A DNA stretch of 60,593 bases from the NCBI GenBank assembly GCA_003427395.1, contig BFEA01000002.1:6689635-6750227 (forward strand), in the 5' to 3' direction. The notes under the pieces were generated by a model. The model did not search any database, was not told the origin of the DNA, and saw only the letters and a list, made by a program, of their open reading frames with translations. The position numbers were made by a program, and so were the translations under genes. This stretch comes from Chara braunii (taxonomy: Eukaryota > Plantae > Charophyceae). How positions within the stretch are numbered: position 1 is the stretch's first letter; each line of letters starts with the position of its first letter. Shown piece by piece: positions 25,371-39,140 of this stretch.

Positions 25371-26242
25371 CGTTCGAGCAACGTACAACTCATGTCAACC
25401 GCAGCTTCAACGGTTTTCCGCTTCAGACGTGGAAGCGGAAAGCGGAAAGCGGAAAGCGGACGTTGAAGCGGGAAGTGGGAAGCAGGAAGAAGACGCACGA
25501 CTCATCAGGTGAACTGCAACTTCAGCGGCTTGACCTGTCCCGTATTACTCGCTGCGACCCGCTACTTCAATCTCTGACATGCTCCCAGCTGTCCGTTATC
25601 CCCAGATACACTGCTCGGGATGGGACATCACAGCAAGTAGTTCCAGTCAAAGACCGAAAAAATAGATACATTTAAAAAAAAAACAAAAAAAAGAAATACA
25701 GAAACGGGCGACCCCACCGCTTTGCTGCAAAGCTTTGGAAGACGATTTGTGAGACCCCACTTCTTTGCGGAAAAGCTGTGGAAAACGCTGACAAATGACG
25801 TGGCAAGGGTTTCCACTCAGTTTGGTTTTGCCCGTTCCTTGCGGTTCGGCCATCCTGACCGGGGGCAAGGTCCCACTTGCGCAAATTAGGAGATCTCGGC
25901 CTTTGTGCTATCTACGGTCAGTATCCCCACTTGCCCTGGGTAGGGGGGAAGGGGGGCACCCCCCTCGGGTTAGAGGGGGGGGGGCACCCCCCTCGGTTTG
26001 CCCATAGCATGTGGAAGGGAGAGCCAGGGATTGGACGAGGGCCGAGACAAGCAGGATGTGAAGTTTCTGTATAGGGAAAGTTTTCCCTATAGGATAACCA
26101 GCAACTACGGACCTGCCGAACTTCGTGCTGCAGTGGGGCCGCTTTTCTGTTTCCCATCGCGGGGCCCTACGATTTGGGTTTGGCGGAAGCTTTCCTCCTT
26201 CCTCCTGGAAAGCTTCCGCCAGGCAGTGGGGTCCACTCCTTA

Positions 26243-26837
26243 GGCCCGGACCCCACAGGAATGCGGCAAGGAAAACTTTTGCCTCGGAATTGTTTCCGGG
26301 ACCCCACATGCCCCGGAAAAGGTCATGGAAAGGTTTGGTTTACTCCGCGGAATCATTCTGCGGGGCCCCACAGGCCGCGGAATGTGGCGTGGAAAAGCTT
26401 CCGAAACCGTTTCCACATGGTCTGCGGCATAGAAAAGTGACGCGGGAGGGATTTCCGCCGCAATTTTGTGCCGACTCTCAAACTTTGGGGGGCGGTGCAT
26501 CGCGAAGTTTCCAAGGTCTCCAGCTCAGGCGGGAGTAGAAGATGTCCGAGCGGCCTACACTGTCGTCCATGTGTCACACCACTCCGTCAACCGCCACCCG
26601 AAGTCGCCCTCCAACGGACATTGGTGGTTCCTAGGCTCCAGGGGCGGTCACTCGGACGGTCACTCGGGATGGCACCCCCGGCACATTTCCTATTATGGAA
26701 AGTTCAATCCGCATTTTGCCGCAAAACGGCCTCCGCTGTGGGGTCCTCGCAGAAGGCTTTCCAAACTTGCCAAGACTCTTCCGACGGCCATTCTGCGGAA
26801 ACGTCTTTTCCAAAGGAATTCCTGTGGGGTCCAGGCC
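26243..26837. mobile_element. PIF/Harbinger (Tourist-like) MITE
   Basis: TIR ggcccggaccccacaggaat/attcctgtggggtccaggcc with TTA TSD on both sides. Confidence 0.85.
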
Positions 26838-28224
26838 TTACTCATCTGCTTGGTGGAGTTATGAAGTCAGGTCCCTATTTCAACAGAACAGGGGTATACC
26901 AACTGTGCTACCCTTCTTTCCCCGAATACAACGTACGGTCATTATAGCTGCGTTTGGACTAACTTTCAGTCTAAATGCATCTATAATGACCGTAAATACG
27001 TCATTCTATTCAGGCTAAATACAGCTATAATGACCTTGTATTCCTGGGAAGAAAGGTAGGCCATTTGGTACTTGGCAAGGTGTTGGTCGTAGAGAAGACG
27101 GCAGGGAAAAAGAAGAAAATCAGGTCTTCTTTTGTTCTTGATAGGATTTTTGCAGAAAAGGAGTCTTTAGACATAATGCTGAGATAGCTATGCTTGCAAG
27201 GGTCCCCTGTATAGGCTCAGGAGCATGGTCCCACTGGCGAGGGGGATTGGATTAAGATCCTGAATCTGGGCATGTTTTAGGCAGAGATGCAGAAAAGGAG
27301 TTCAATCTTGATTTTCTGCACTGGTCGACAAACGCGGCCAAATTAAGGGGTTCAATCCAATCCTCTTTGCTAGTGGGACCTCGCCCCAGGAGTACTGGTA
27401 GATAGTGAAAGGTGAAATTGAGAGAGGGAAGAAAAAAGAAAAAAAGTTTATGGTACACTTGGTGCCAACCAACTGAGATAGTCAGCTGGATCCTCCCGGT
27501 CGGTATTCGCAGCCCTAAGGCTGTGGTATAGTGGGCTTCGGCGTCTGTGTCAAGGTGTCGCATTTTCGTCGGCGGGCGACAAGGACTCAAAGTGGGTTCT
27601 TAGAGGGCAAAAGTTTTTGGGGGACCGGTCCTTGCGGACTACCTACAGCTAGCTCTTGTAGAACCGAGACTTTTGAAAAACGTAAGGACCGGTTGTCGGG
27701 TGTTGTCTGGAGTCCCACACACAGGCTGTCCAAGGCGGAGGGTACAGGGGGGCCCAGTGCAGCAATTTGCAAGAGGCAACTTTGGCAATTTTTTGTGCTC
27801 GGAGGAATTTGCAGAAAAATCTGAAATTTTGAGAATCTATAGATTAGGTCGTGACCCAGGGGGGAGCTTGAGGCCCATGGAATTATGCCGAGGGTGGAAG
27901 GTATAACCAGATCGTCCAACACAAGCGGCGCCGGGGTTCTGACCCTGTAACCTGTGTAGGGGTTAGTCGCTATGGGAATTGTCGAGGGAGGAAGAAACTT
28001 CCTATCCGACAGAACTAGGTTGGTCGGTACTGGGGAAGGTTGCAGTGCCCTGTTGCCCATGCAGAAGGGGGTATGAGACCAACTGTGTTCTGGTTCGAGG
28101 ACTGAAAGTCGAGACCGACGGCTCCTTTGTTGAGGGGGGGATTTTAGGTTGGTTGGTATTTAGTTTTGACCTTCCCCCCCTCTTTCTTTCCTTTTACAGA
28201 TGGCTGTTCGGGGGTCTTAAGAAT

Positions 28225-29030
28225 GCTTTTGGGCTCTTGGGATCCCTAGCAACTCTTCTTAGGTGATTTTTGACGCTGTTATTCTCAGGGACCTGTGGCT
28301 GCTCGATGCCAGAACGACGCTGGCCGGAGCTGGGGTGTTACCCTGTGACCTGTGATGCAGGAGCATGAGGCCTGGTAGAGAGATCTGGGGATGCTTAGGG
28401 GTGGGCATCCCACGGAACAGCTAAGGTTTGCTGCTGGGACGACGCTGGTCGGAGCTGGGGTGAGTTGTGTCACCCTGTAACCTAGCAGGATGTGGGGTGT
28501 GAGACCTGGAAGAGCTCGACAGGGAGTAGGACAGTGTTGAAAGGCCTCAGAAGGGGCGTTAGGGATTTGAAGGGTTTCTGAGCATCTGTAGGACCCACCA
28601 GGTCTTCGTCTATGTTTGCAATTACGAATTTTTACGTAGTTAAATCCAATTCTCAAAAAAGGGGGTAGTCTGTTCCGTCTTTAAACTGTCTTCCGGATCC
28701 TGGGGTTTCCTGGCAATCTCTTCTAGGTAGTTTCAAGGCTGTAATACTCGGTGACCTAAGGCTGTTCGACGCCAGAACGACGCTGGCCGATGCTGGGGTG
28801 TTGCCCTGTAACCTGTTGACGCAGGGGCATGAGGCCTGGTAGAGAGATCTGGGGTTGCTTTGGGGGGGTATCCCACGGGACAACCAAGGGTTGCTGCTGA
28901 GACAACGCTGGCCGGAGCTGGGGTGAGTTGTGTTGCCCTGTAACCCAGCAGGATGGGGGGTGTGAGGCCTGGAAGCTCGGCAGGGAATACGACAGTGTTG
29001 GAGATCCTTGGAAGGATCTGTTAGGGATTT
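28225..29030. repeat. Diverged ~340-bp direct repeat pair
   Basis: 28225-28570 aligns with ~28695-29030 (gccagaacgacgctggccg..gaggcctggtagagagatctgggg..ggagctggggtgagttgtgt). Confidence 0.8.
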
Positions 29031-29378
29031 TGTGGGATTGGGGGCTTTTTTAGGAATTTTGCAGTCTATTCCCGTACCTTCTTCTGAGTAACGTGAAGGA
29101 AAGGGATCGAGAGAGAAAGGTATCACGCGTCCTGCTAGCGAAGGGGCTAGCTGGTAGGACAGAAATAGGGCATAGCAGCAGTAGAGATGGTGGCTTTGCT
29201 GCAGTAAGTCTTGCCGGAGTGGGGTGAGGAGGACTGTTGGTGGATTCTCGAGTCTTCTTCAGCTTTGTGTTTATCTCTGAAGTCCTTTACAAAAAGGCTC
29301 TGAAGTAGCTCTAAATTCCTTCAATTCTTTCAATTGGACTTTCTCAGTATATCCTTAGGTTCATTGTTATGAAATTTT

Positions 29379-30141
29379 NNNNNNNNNNNNNNNNNNNNNN
29401 NNNNNNNNNNNNNNNNNNNNNNNNNNNNNNNNNNNNNNNNNNNNNNNNNNNNNNNNNNNNNNNNNNNNNNNNNNNNNNNNNNNNNNNNNNNNNNNNNNNN
29501 NNNNNNNNNNNNNNNNNNNNNNNNNNNNNNNNNNNNNNNNNNNNNNNNNNNNNNNNNNNNNNNNNNNNNNNNNNNNNNNNNNNNNNNNNNNNNNNNNNNN
29601 NNNNNNNNNNNNNNNNNNNNNNNNNNNNNNNNNNNNNNNNNNNNNNNNNNNNNNNNNNNNNNNNNNNNNNNNNNNNNNNNNNNNNNNNNNNNNNNNNNNN
29701 NNNNNNNNNNNNNNNNNNNNNNNNNNNNNNNNNNNNNNNNNNNNNNNNNNNNNNNNNNNNNNNNNNNNNNNNNNNNNNNNNNNNNNNNNNNNNNNNNNNN
29801 NNNNNNNNNNNNNNNNNNNNNNNNNNNNNNNNNNNNNNNNNNNNNNNNNNNNNNNNNNNNNNNNNNNNNNNNNNNNNNNNNNNNNNNNNNNNNNNNNNNN
29901 NNNNNNNNNNNNNNNNNNNNNNNNNNNNNNNNNNNNNNNNNNNNNNNNNNNNNNNNNNNNNNNNNNNNNNNNNNNNNNNNNNNNNNNNNNNNNNNNNNNN
30001 NNNNNNNNNNNNNNNNNNNNNNNNNNNNNNNNNNNNNNNNNNNNNNNNNNNNNNNNNNNNNNNNNNNNNNNNNNNNNNNNNNNNNNNNNNNNNNNNNNNN
30101 NNNNNNNNNNNNNNNNNNNNNNNNNNNNNNNNNNNNNNNNN
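29379..30141. other. Assembly gap (others: 1534-1736, 32787-33422, 38732-39072, 58409-58546)
   Basis: N runs. Confidence 1.
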
Positions 30142-30447
30142 AAAAAAAAAAAAAAAAAAAAAAAAAAAAGGAAAAAAAAAAAGGGAAAAAAAAGGAAAAA
30201 AAGGAAAAAAAAAAGAAAAAGGGGCTACGTTCCCCGCGCCCGCGCGGTAGACAATTTAGTAGAGTCTTCAGCCAACAGGGGTGTGAGTATGAGTGAGAGT
30301 GGGTTGTGTGTGGTGTGTGGGAGAGTGTTAGCTTAGACACTGCTGCTGCTCCATGGGGGTGGGGGAAGACGAAAAGGGTCTTCAGCCAACATGGGTGTGA
30401 GTACGAGTGCGAGGGGGTTGTGTGGTGTGTGGGAGAGTGTTGGCTTA

Positions 30448-31524
30448 GAGGCTGATCCCACCTCTAGTAGGCGAGGAACTTTTACGGAAATTTCGGGATC
30501 CCACCTCTTTCCGTGCGAAGCAGAGAGGGTCCTCTTTTTTCGAGGAAGTGGAAACGATTCGGGACGTGGCAAGCCGGGCGCATTTGCAGGCAACAAAGTT
30601 CTTTTGAAAGGCAAAAGACGACCACCCGTACCCTTCCCCGAAAAAGAAGGTGGGGTTTCCGGTTTTTTTTTTTTTTTTTGGATGTCCGCATCAGCCACTT
30701 GGAACTTCCGCTCGGCCAAAGGGCTGTGCGACATGAGGAGAGTGCGAACTGGAATGCGGCCAGCCGATGTCCCAGCACACGGCCACACGGGCCCTGAGCA
30801 CTGAAAATTTTACGACCCGGCCAACGGACAAGTCGGTCTGGGGCTCGCAGTGTGCACCGTGGGTGCCCCTCTCGTTCGCTGTTGTCCTGTACTGCCAGTG
30901 CCCGTCCCGTGTCGACTATCGTATTGTGCACCTTCCCTCTCCGTACCACACTCATGTTCAAAGCAAGGCAGTCGAGGAAGCCATCTCCCGCCATCGCTTT
31001 GTGGCAGCAGCTTTCCGCCACGTGGCTGCCGGTTTGAAGTCCGTCGCTTTCGCGACGTGGCCGCATGCTGGTAGTCTGCCGCTTTCCGCCATTTGGCCGC
31101 TTTTCGGATAGTCCGCCGCATTCTGGAAAGGCGTGGAGTCCTCTCTCGCTGAAACATGGCGGGCGCAGACGGGGTTGAGTACCGGGTGCGAAGTTCAGCG
31201 TTTGGTATCGGTAACATCTGCTGGGCCATTCGTGGTGGTACTGGACCCTGTTGCTCAGCGACGTCTGGTACCGAGAAATGCCACACACGCTCTGCCACAC
31301 AAAAACAGCATGCTGCACAACACCCCACCAAATGTCCGGGTGGACACACCTCGGGAACTGGGTATTCCTCACCGCCCATGACTTTCCGCTGCATCCCCAG
31401 TAAAAGTACCGAAATTGGTGGCCTTGTGGGATCCCATTTTTCTTTTACGGTCCGGGCGGAACGGCCCCTACAAAACCGTTCTTTTTGCTTTCGTCCGAAA
31501 AAGAAAAGAGGTGGGATCAGCCTC
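30448..31524. mobile_element. Non-autonomous PIF/Harbinger element (1.08 kb)
   Basis: Perfect 18-bp TIR gaggctgatcccacctct and TTA TSD. It splits the second unit of a ~115-bp tandem repeat, which resumes at 31528. Confidence 0.85.
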
Positions 31525-32477
31525 TTAGACACTGCTGCTGCTCCATGGGGGTGGGGGAAGATGAAAAGGGAGGTCCAGTTACTGGCAAAATGCTCGGTCT
31601 TTGCGTTAGCCGGGCCCCCACCAGTGGCCCTAACCCTGCACCCTAACCACTAGGGAAAAGGGCCAACATGCAAATTACCTCCCACTCCCAGAGGTAACCT
31701 TCCTTCACTGAAGAGAGAGAGCTATGCTAGCAGCGGTCCCCTGTATAGCCTTGCGAGTAATGGTAGGTAGGTAGTGAAAGATGAAAGCTATGTTCCATGA
31801 CATGGCAGAATGGCAGTGAAATTGAGAGAAAAATAAATGAAAGAAATCTGCATGGTCCTGGTGGCACAAAAAAAAAACAAGGTACACATAGGACACAAAT
31901 ATAACTGTTCTTGAACAGATGGACAGATCCACTGTTCGGAAAAAAGACTTTCCCTGCCTCGTTGGAAGATTGAACGACGTGGAAGACTGATTTCTGTGCT
32001 CTAGTCAGCAGGCAGCCAGAATAGGGAAAAAGAAAAAGAAAAAGAAAGAGAAAAAAGAGCCTGTGATCCAGCCCGTGTGGCTGAATGATACACTCGTGAA
32101 CTTTTGATATGCAGGCCAGAGTTCCAATTGGCAGCCTACTTCTTGAAATGAACACCATTGGACAAATATATACATGGATATCACCTTGTCTGGCAAGGAT
32201 TTCCAGTCCTTTCTAATTGCTTGGATGGTATTTAGAGCCTAATGCGCATTCTCTCGCCACTACTAACGGAGTCTCGGTTGATTTGCTTTCCTTCAGCTCC
32301 CTAAGGGCTGCGGAGTACGGTGACCGTTTGTTCCCAAGGGTGGCCTTCGTTTGTCAGAGGTGGCCTTTCTTTTGACGGAGTCTTGGTTGATGTGCTTTCC
32401 TTTAGCTCCTAAAGGGCTGCGGAGTAGGGTGACACATTGTCCCCGAGGGTGGCCTTTCTTTTGCTTCCGCTGACTGG

Positions 32478-32786
32478 CACAAAGCTCGCAGCCCGTCAGG
32501 GTTGCATTTTATATACCTGAGTTCCCAGCCCGCTAGGGTTCCATTTTATACCCCTTGAGAGGCTGAGACAAATTTTCGTCGTTCGGTCATACCGGTCGTC
32601 GGTTCGGGTCCAATGGTAAGTGGAAGGGTGGTAAATTTGCCGGGGGGGGGCAATTCGTGGGGAACGACCACTTCTTGGCGGCGGAGGACAAGTAGCTACC
32701 CGTAGGACGCCAAGGAGGACGCGGTCCTTGAGTTGAACATTTCACAATCCAAACGGTGTGGGTCCACTTTTCTCGAATAGAAGGGC
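32478..32786 (+). repeat. Dispersed ~250-300-bp repeat family
   Basis: Related to 33834-34078 and 38490-38731 (shared tggaaggg..gtagct..gcggtccttgagttgaacatttca blocks). Confidence 0.7.
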
Positions 32787-33422
32787 NNNNNNNNNNNNNN
32801 NNNNNNNNNNNNNNNNNNNNNNNNNNNNNNNNNNNNNNNNNNNNNNNNNNNNNNNNNNNNNNNNNNNNNNNNNNNNNNNNNNNNNNNNNNNNNNNNNNNN
32901 NNNNNNNNNNNNNNNNNNNNNNNNNNNNNNNNNNNNNNNNNNNNNNNNNNNNNNNNNNNNNNNNNNNNNNNNNNNNNNNNNNNNNNNNNNNNNNNNNNNN
33001 NNNNNNNNNNNNNNNNNNNNNNNNNNNNNNNNNNNNNNNNNNNNNNNNNNNNNNNNNNNNNNNNNNNNNNNNNNNNNNNNNNNNNNNNNNNNNNNNNNNN
33101 NNNNNNNNNNNNNNNNNNNNNNNNNNNNNNNNNNNNNNNNNNNNNNNNNNNNNNNNNNNNNNNNNNNNNNNNNNNNNNNNNNNNNNNNNNNNNNNNNNNN
33201 NNNNNNNNNNNNNNNNNNNNNNNNNNNNNNNNNNNNNNNNNNNNNNNNNNNNNNNNNNNNNNNNNNNNNNNNNNNNNNNNNNNNNNNNNNNNNNNNNNNN
33301 NNNNNNNNNNNNNNNNNNNNNNNNNNNNNNNNNNNNNNNNNNNNNNNNNNNNNNNNNNNNNNNNNNNNNNNNNNNNNNNNNNNNNNNNNNNNNNNNNNNN
33401 NNNNNNNNNNNNNNNNNNNNNN

Positions 33423-33469
<47 letters not shown>

Positions 33470-33492
33470 TCTCACATACACGTGCACACATG

Positions 33493-33524
<32 letters not shown>

Positions 33525-34169
33525 TCCCCCCCCCAAAAAAAAAGTTCCTCTTCAGCCCACAAGAGGAAGTGATATGAGCATCCCCCTACAGTGGACTTCG
33601 CACGCACATGTTTGAATACAATTACATGCGGTGAGAGACTAATATGTACTTGTATTCGAACATGTGTGTGCTCGGCACCTGCTGGAAACCGGGTGCAGCG
33701 TCCTATGAACATCGTGAATGAAGCACCAGCCGGGAACCCCCCCCCCCCACACTCTTGGAGCTGTGTACAGCAAAAATAACAAAACATAAGCACACCATAA
33801 TCACTACCTTACCCTTCCCCAACCACATCAACATACAAACTACGGACTGCCCACCCATGTCCTCACGGTCTGTCATCAATTTTTCGTCATTTGGTCATTT
33901 CGGGTCCTCATAGTAGTTGGAAGGGTGGTGAATTTGCCGGAGGGGGAAATTCATGTGGAACGGGCGGTTGTTCCTTGTGGAGGACCGGTAGCTGCCTGTA
34001 GGAGGCCGAGGAGGCCGCGGTCCTTGAGTTGAACATTTCAAATTGAAACGAAGTAGGTCCACTTTTCTAGAATAGAATAGACCTCGTAGAGTCGTAGGTA
34101 TTGTATTTGAATACAACGTCTCATGAAGTGGGGAGGGTATCTGGCCCACTTCACCATGAGTAGAAGCAG

Positions 34170-36053
34170 CTAAAACTTCCACCGGCCTCCCATGTTTCCC
34201 GAGCTGGAAGCTTGGGAAGAAGGTACCCCTCCCTTAGGGGGTATCTTCTGCGTGACCTTTGCGTTCTTGCACTTGTACTGGGTGTGTCCGTATTCACCAC
34301 AGTTAATGCAAGCACCACGCACTCGGCGGTCGCGCCACACTTCCTGATCAAGGCCTGCCTTGACCCAATCAACAACTTTGGCTTGATTGGAGGCGGCCTG
34401 CCCTTGACTCTTTTGATGGCCCTTTCCTCGGCCACCTGCCTTAGTCTTTACTACTGCGGCGAGGGTGCTACCCTCAACGACTTCCTCGCCGTCGTACTCT
34501 GAACCGTCCATCAGGTCAGTAAGTTCTTCGATTTCAGTTTGGGTCTCATCGGACTCAACCATCATCAATCTACTACCCTTCTTCTTCCATTCCTGTGGAC
34601 TCTTCTTCTTCCTCCCGTCTACTGGAGTAGGTTGAGCACTTCCTAGAGTAGCCTCCAAATCTAAGGCCTTCCTAGAGAAGGTCTCAAACGAATGATACTC
34701 GAGGCGAGCCTCGCTGGCCAGTAAGGTCTTGAGATTCTCGGGCAGACATCTCAGAAACATGGTCAATAAGACCTGGTCATCATAGCGTATACCGGGTACG
34801 ACGATGAGGTTCTCTACGGTAGATGTTAGCTCTCTGACTGACTCGTACTTTCGCTGGTCCAGTCTCAACATTGCATCAGTGGCAATTTGTGCCAGCTTCG
34901 GATTATGCCAGCGAGCTTCTACCATATCCAAAAACTCTTCTAAAGTGAGGGTCTTACCCCAGTCTGCCATGCGTCGTCCGAACCCGGCCTTCGCTACTAT
35001 CCCATCCAGCCATTTGGCTGCCTTACCCTCAAGGTAAGATGCAGCAGTAATCACCTCCTCCTCCTATAACGTCCTCTTTGCCCTTACCCACATTGAAACT
35101 GTTCTCAACCAAGTGTTGAGTTCCTTGTCCTTCTTCTCACCGGAGAAGGCAAGGGGTGGTTTCATTGGGGTCTTTGGGTACCATTGACCTTGCTGTTGTC
35201 CCTGTGGTGGAACAGTTTGTTGCGGTGATTGAGTAGATATCACCGCTGGACCAGAAGAAGAAGAAGCAACAGTTTGTGCGGCTGCTGCAGACGTACCACT
35301 TGGCTGTGTGCCAACTTGTACCGGAAAGGGGCCTGACATTGCCGTTAACGGCAACGGCGACTGTGCTGTTGGTCGTAATCCTGGCCTTTGCAAAAGGTCC
35401 AAGATTTGGTCCAAGGAGTTTTGCATGAAGTCCAGCCTACTGTCTACGTGCGCATCCAGCGACAGTACGCTGACCTTCAACACTTTCATTTGGTCAGACA
35501 TTGCTGACTCGTCCAAACCCTCTAATGCAGCCTTGTCTGCCTCTAACGTATCAAGCCTAGTTGTTCTATTTTTGATCTCTTGTTCTCTATCGGTAGCTTG
35601 CTTCAGTTCCCTCTCTAACCGAGCGTGAATCCTTTCGACTTGTTGGAGCTCTAGTAGCTCCCTATCGCGTGGGGTCAACGGACTGAACTGCGAGCCCGCC
35701 ATTTGACTTATGGACTGACTAGAACTTACTAATCCGGAAATACCCGTGGGCCCAGACGGCATTCCCAACAGGGTCCCAGACGAGGATGCAGCAGTGGATG
35801 CAGTGTTAGCCATTGCTGTTGCGTTGGCTGCTGCTGCCTGTTCCCTAGCTGCAGCGTTTGCTGCTGCCAACGCCTGACTTGCAGCTAGTGCTGTTTCCCT
35901 CGCTTTTGCGTAAGCACGGGCTCTAACTTCAGCATGAAGCCGTCTCTCGTCTCCCAACCGTAGGGCATGAAACACGTGCGGGACCCTTAATGATCTCGAA
36001 CGTGTCAGCCTCGCATCGCCAACTCTACCCTCATCGGTGTCTGACCCACTCAT
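34170..36053 (-). pseudogene. Ty3/gypsy-type gag with one in-frame stop
   Basis: ORFs 35064-36053 and 34170-35054 are in frame across TAG at 35064. Motifs PLAFSGEK..LNTW, AASYLEGKAAKW, MFLRCL, CINCGEYGHTQYKC. Confidence 0.88.
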
Positions 36054-37323
36054 TAGTTAGGCAAACACTATCTGCACTACAACTCCCTATTGGAGTCCTA
36101 CCACAACATGTGTTTGACCGACACCTAATTTTCTAAAAATAAATGTGTCCGGCAGGTCCCCTACTCAACCGATCAAGTGGTAGCCTACAACATTCACAAT
36201 AGACCGTAAACATAATTTAGTTATATCATGATTAGTTCGCTTACAGAAGTTTTGCATAGAACTTCTGATGGTAGTATACAACAGTCCTAAACTAAACTGT
36301 CTGTGAGGTATTAGCAGCTGTCAACCAACTAATCAACAATAAAACTAAACTATGTTGCAGATGTATGAACAGTGGATATGGTTGTGTTTACAGTTGAGCA
36401 CCAATTGGAACCTACCCTCCCCTGAATCCAACATACCGATGAGTATCTTTGAGCAGCGGTGTCATAGGTGTGCAATGTCGGCCCACCCCTGTGCCTCAGG
36501 TGCATGCTTATGACCAGGCTTGCCCATTCTTTACCCTCGCGTGCAACGAGCCGTACGTCAGATTGATCTGGCTGATCAAGAGGCCTATTTAAGGACTGCC
36601 CCCAATGCCGCTCAGGAATCATTTAACGTCGCAATTAGGACGACGATCACAGCCAGCGGACAGATCGGATCCCCATCCATAAATGTTTATAGACGGTCTG
36701 GGAGCGTCTGCATAAGCCTGTTCAGTCCGCACACCCCTCTATCAGCACAACAAAAAGCAGCCATCGCATGCGTGTACTAATCCCATTGGGTTGGCATGGT
36801 GACCGTGACCCATGTGCTTCGACTAGGACCCTTTAGAGGCACCACCCTTTCTCCTTCCATATGGGCCACCGGGAAGATTGTCGTCTCTCAAAGTAGAGCG
36901 CTCTCGACACCTCACCAAAAGAGAGTACTCTCAAGTTGAACTCACTTCCTCGCGGTAAGAAGAGATTGAGAGGGTAGATAAGGTAAGGGAACAACGTGCC
37001 TGGAGATAGCTGCCCCCAACCACAGATTTTTCACCAATTGAGCTGAGTGTGAATTTGATGATCGGTCGTAGCCTCGGTACCACTCACAACGCAATGCAGT
37101 GCCACCTCAGCCAAATGCCACATCAGCATGCTCTCATCACCAATCATACATTCCGCCGTCGCCATGGCATCCCAAGCCGTACAGCCTTCCGGCGCACACC
37201 TCTCTACCCAGGTCGTGCGCCTAGTTTCGGCCCGACGTCACAAGAACCAACTGCGAAGAAGCATCGTCAACGCACCAAGTCTGTATAACTGCAGCGCACC
37301 AAGGTAAGCGGCGAATCGAACCA

Positions 37324-37335
37324 GCTCTGATACCA
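37324..37335 (-). other. Primer-binding site (initiator Met tRNA)
   Basis: TGGTATCAGAGC, 3 nt after the LTR terminus ...TGCA. Confidence 0.9.
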
Positions 37336-37338
37336 AAT

Positions 37339-38412
37339 TGCAAGAAACATGAATGTGGACGAAGCACAGAAATCCCAATTGCAAATCACACTGAAGTCCA
37401 AGTGATCAAAGCAAGAGCAGATAACACATTGGAACCAAGGAACCATCTATTTGAGAGCGATACAGCAAAAGTCGTGAGTCAATGTCCAAGCCCAATCGGG
37501 CAACACCAACAACATAACCCGAAGTAGCTCTCTCTCTTGAATGGCGCGAGACACCCTATCTACTCTACAGCCTATCCTACAACTACGGCATGACAGCAAC
37601 CAGACTACTTGACGACCAGCGAGTGATGGCGTCAACACCAATGCCGACCTCCTCTCCACCAGGTACGTCACTCTCTCTTCTCCTTCACTCTCCCTTGTTA
37701 TCCCACACAGCGCCCTTCACCTTCCGAAGAACCACCTTCGCCCTCACCTCCCTCAGCGCCCTCTTGCAGCCCGGCTATGGCCGCCAGCGCCCTGCGCCCA
37801 GGCTGCGCCCTACTGCTTAGCGCCAGCCTGCCTTCTCTCAGCCTAGCGCAGCGCAGCACCTCTCAATGCTTCAGCATGCCGGCCTTGCTCTCAATGGCCA
37901 AGATCCCTGCACACTCGCCTGTTCTGCCTATATGCCAGTGTTGCGTGTGGGTGGTCTGCCTTGAGCCTGCGCCTGGGCCCCAGTACCTGTACCCAGGCCC
38001 ACTGAAGATGGGGCCCAGGTAATACAGTTGCGCCCCTTATGCTAGGGCCGTTGTCCAGATTCAGGCCCTGTACTGGTTTCCCATTGGTTTCCTTGGCCTC
38101 GACGACGAAATACTGCTTTTCTGAGGCCAGGGACCAATGTGTGATGTGTCGGCCTCCCAGACTGTGGCCCAGGGCTCAACCAACCGAGGCCCTGGGCTCA
38201 ACTGCCTTTGCAGGAGTCTGAGGCTCACGATGCACTCCAACCAACTGGCGTGCGGCAACTGTCTGATACCCACTTTGTGAAATGCTGAATGAAGGTCTCT
38301 CGTGGATATTCTGGCCCGCCTTCACTTAGGGCGGGCACAAGGCTTGCTGGGGGCCTATGCCCAGAACATATGCATGTCGGCAAGGCCCCGTTGAGGGCTC
38401 AATCCTCGCGCA
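37339..38412 (-). mobile_element. 5' LTR of a truncated LTR retrotransposon
   Basis: TG..CA ends with imperfect inverted repeat (tgcaagaa / tcctcgcgca), adjacent to the PBS. Distal end approximate. No pol or 3' LTR; the element breaks near 34080. Confidence 0.7.
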
Positions 38413-38416
38413 CACA

Positions 38417-38451
<35 letters not shown>

Positions 38452-39090
38452 AAGTTAACAAACAGTAGCAGCAGCAACACTAGCAGACAATACAAAGTTC
38501 GCAGCCCGTCAAGGGTGCGTTTTCCCCCCGTGAGACATTTTTGTCGTCCTTCGTTATACCGGTCGTTGATTTGGGCTTGTTTGGTCGTTGGAAGGTTAGA
38601 AAAATGCAGGCAGGTGCAGGCACGCCACTTTGGGGGGGGGTGGCAGTTTCTTTGAAAATTGTCGGACCGGTAGCTGCCCATGGGAGCGCGCGCTGGGTTT
38701 TGGTCCAAACGGTGGCAAAGCAGAGGCAGGGNNNNNNNNNNNNNNNNNNNNNNNNNNNNNNNNNNNNNNNNNNNNNNNNNNNNNNNNNNNNNNNNNNNNN
38801 NNNNNNNNNNNNNNNNNNNNNNNNNNNNNNNNNNNNNNNNNNNNNNNNNNNNNNNNNNNNNNNNNNNNNNNNNNNNNNNNNNNNNNNNNNNNNNNNNNNN
38901 NNNNNNNNNNNNNNNNNNNNNNNNNNNNNNNNNNNNNNNNNNNNNNNNNNNNNNNNNNNNNNNNNNNNNNNNNNNNNNNNNNNNNNNNNNNNNNNNNNNN
39001 NNNNNNNNNNNNNNNNNNNNNNNNNNNNNNNNNNNNNNNNNNNNNNNNNNNNNNNNNNNNNNNNNNNNNNNNCTCTCTCTCTCTCTCTTT

Positions 39091-39140
<50 letters not shown>

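Noticed and set aside
30482-31653. Long ORFs inside the Harbinger-type element as a transposase
   Set aside because: No DDE or Myb motifs recognised; overlapping GC-rich frames on both strands.
29330-33793. Long ORFs spanning N runs or CA/GT repeats
   Set aside because: Artefacts of assembly gaps and microsatellites.
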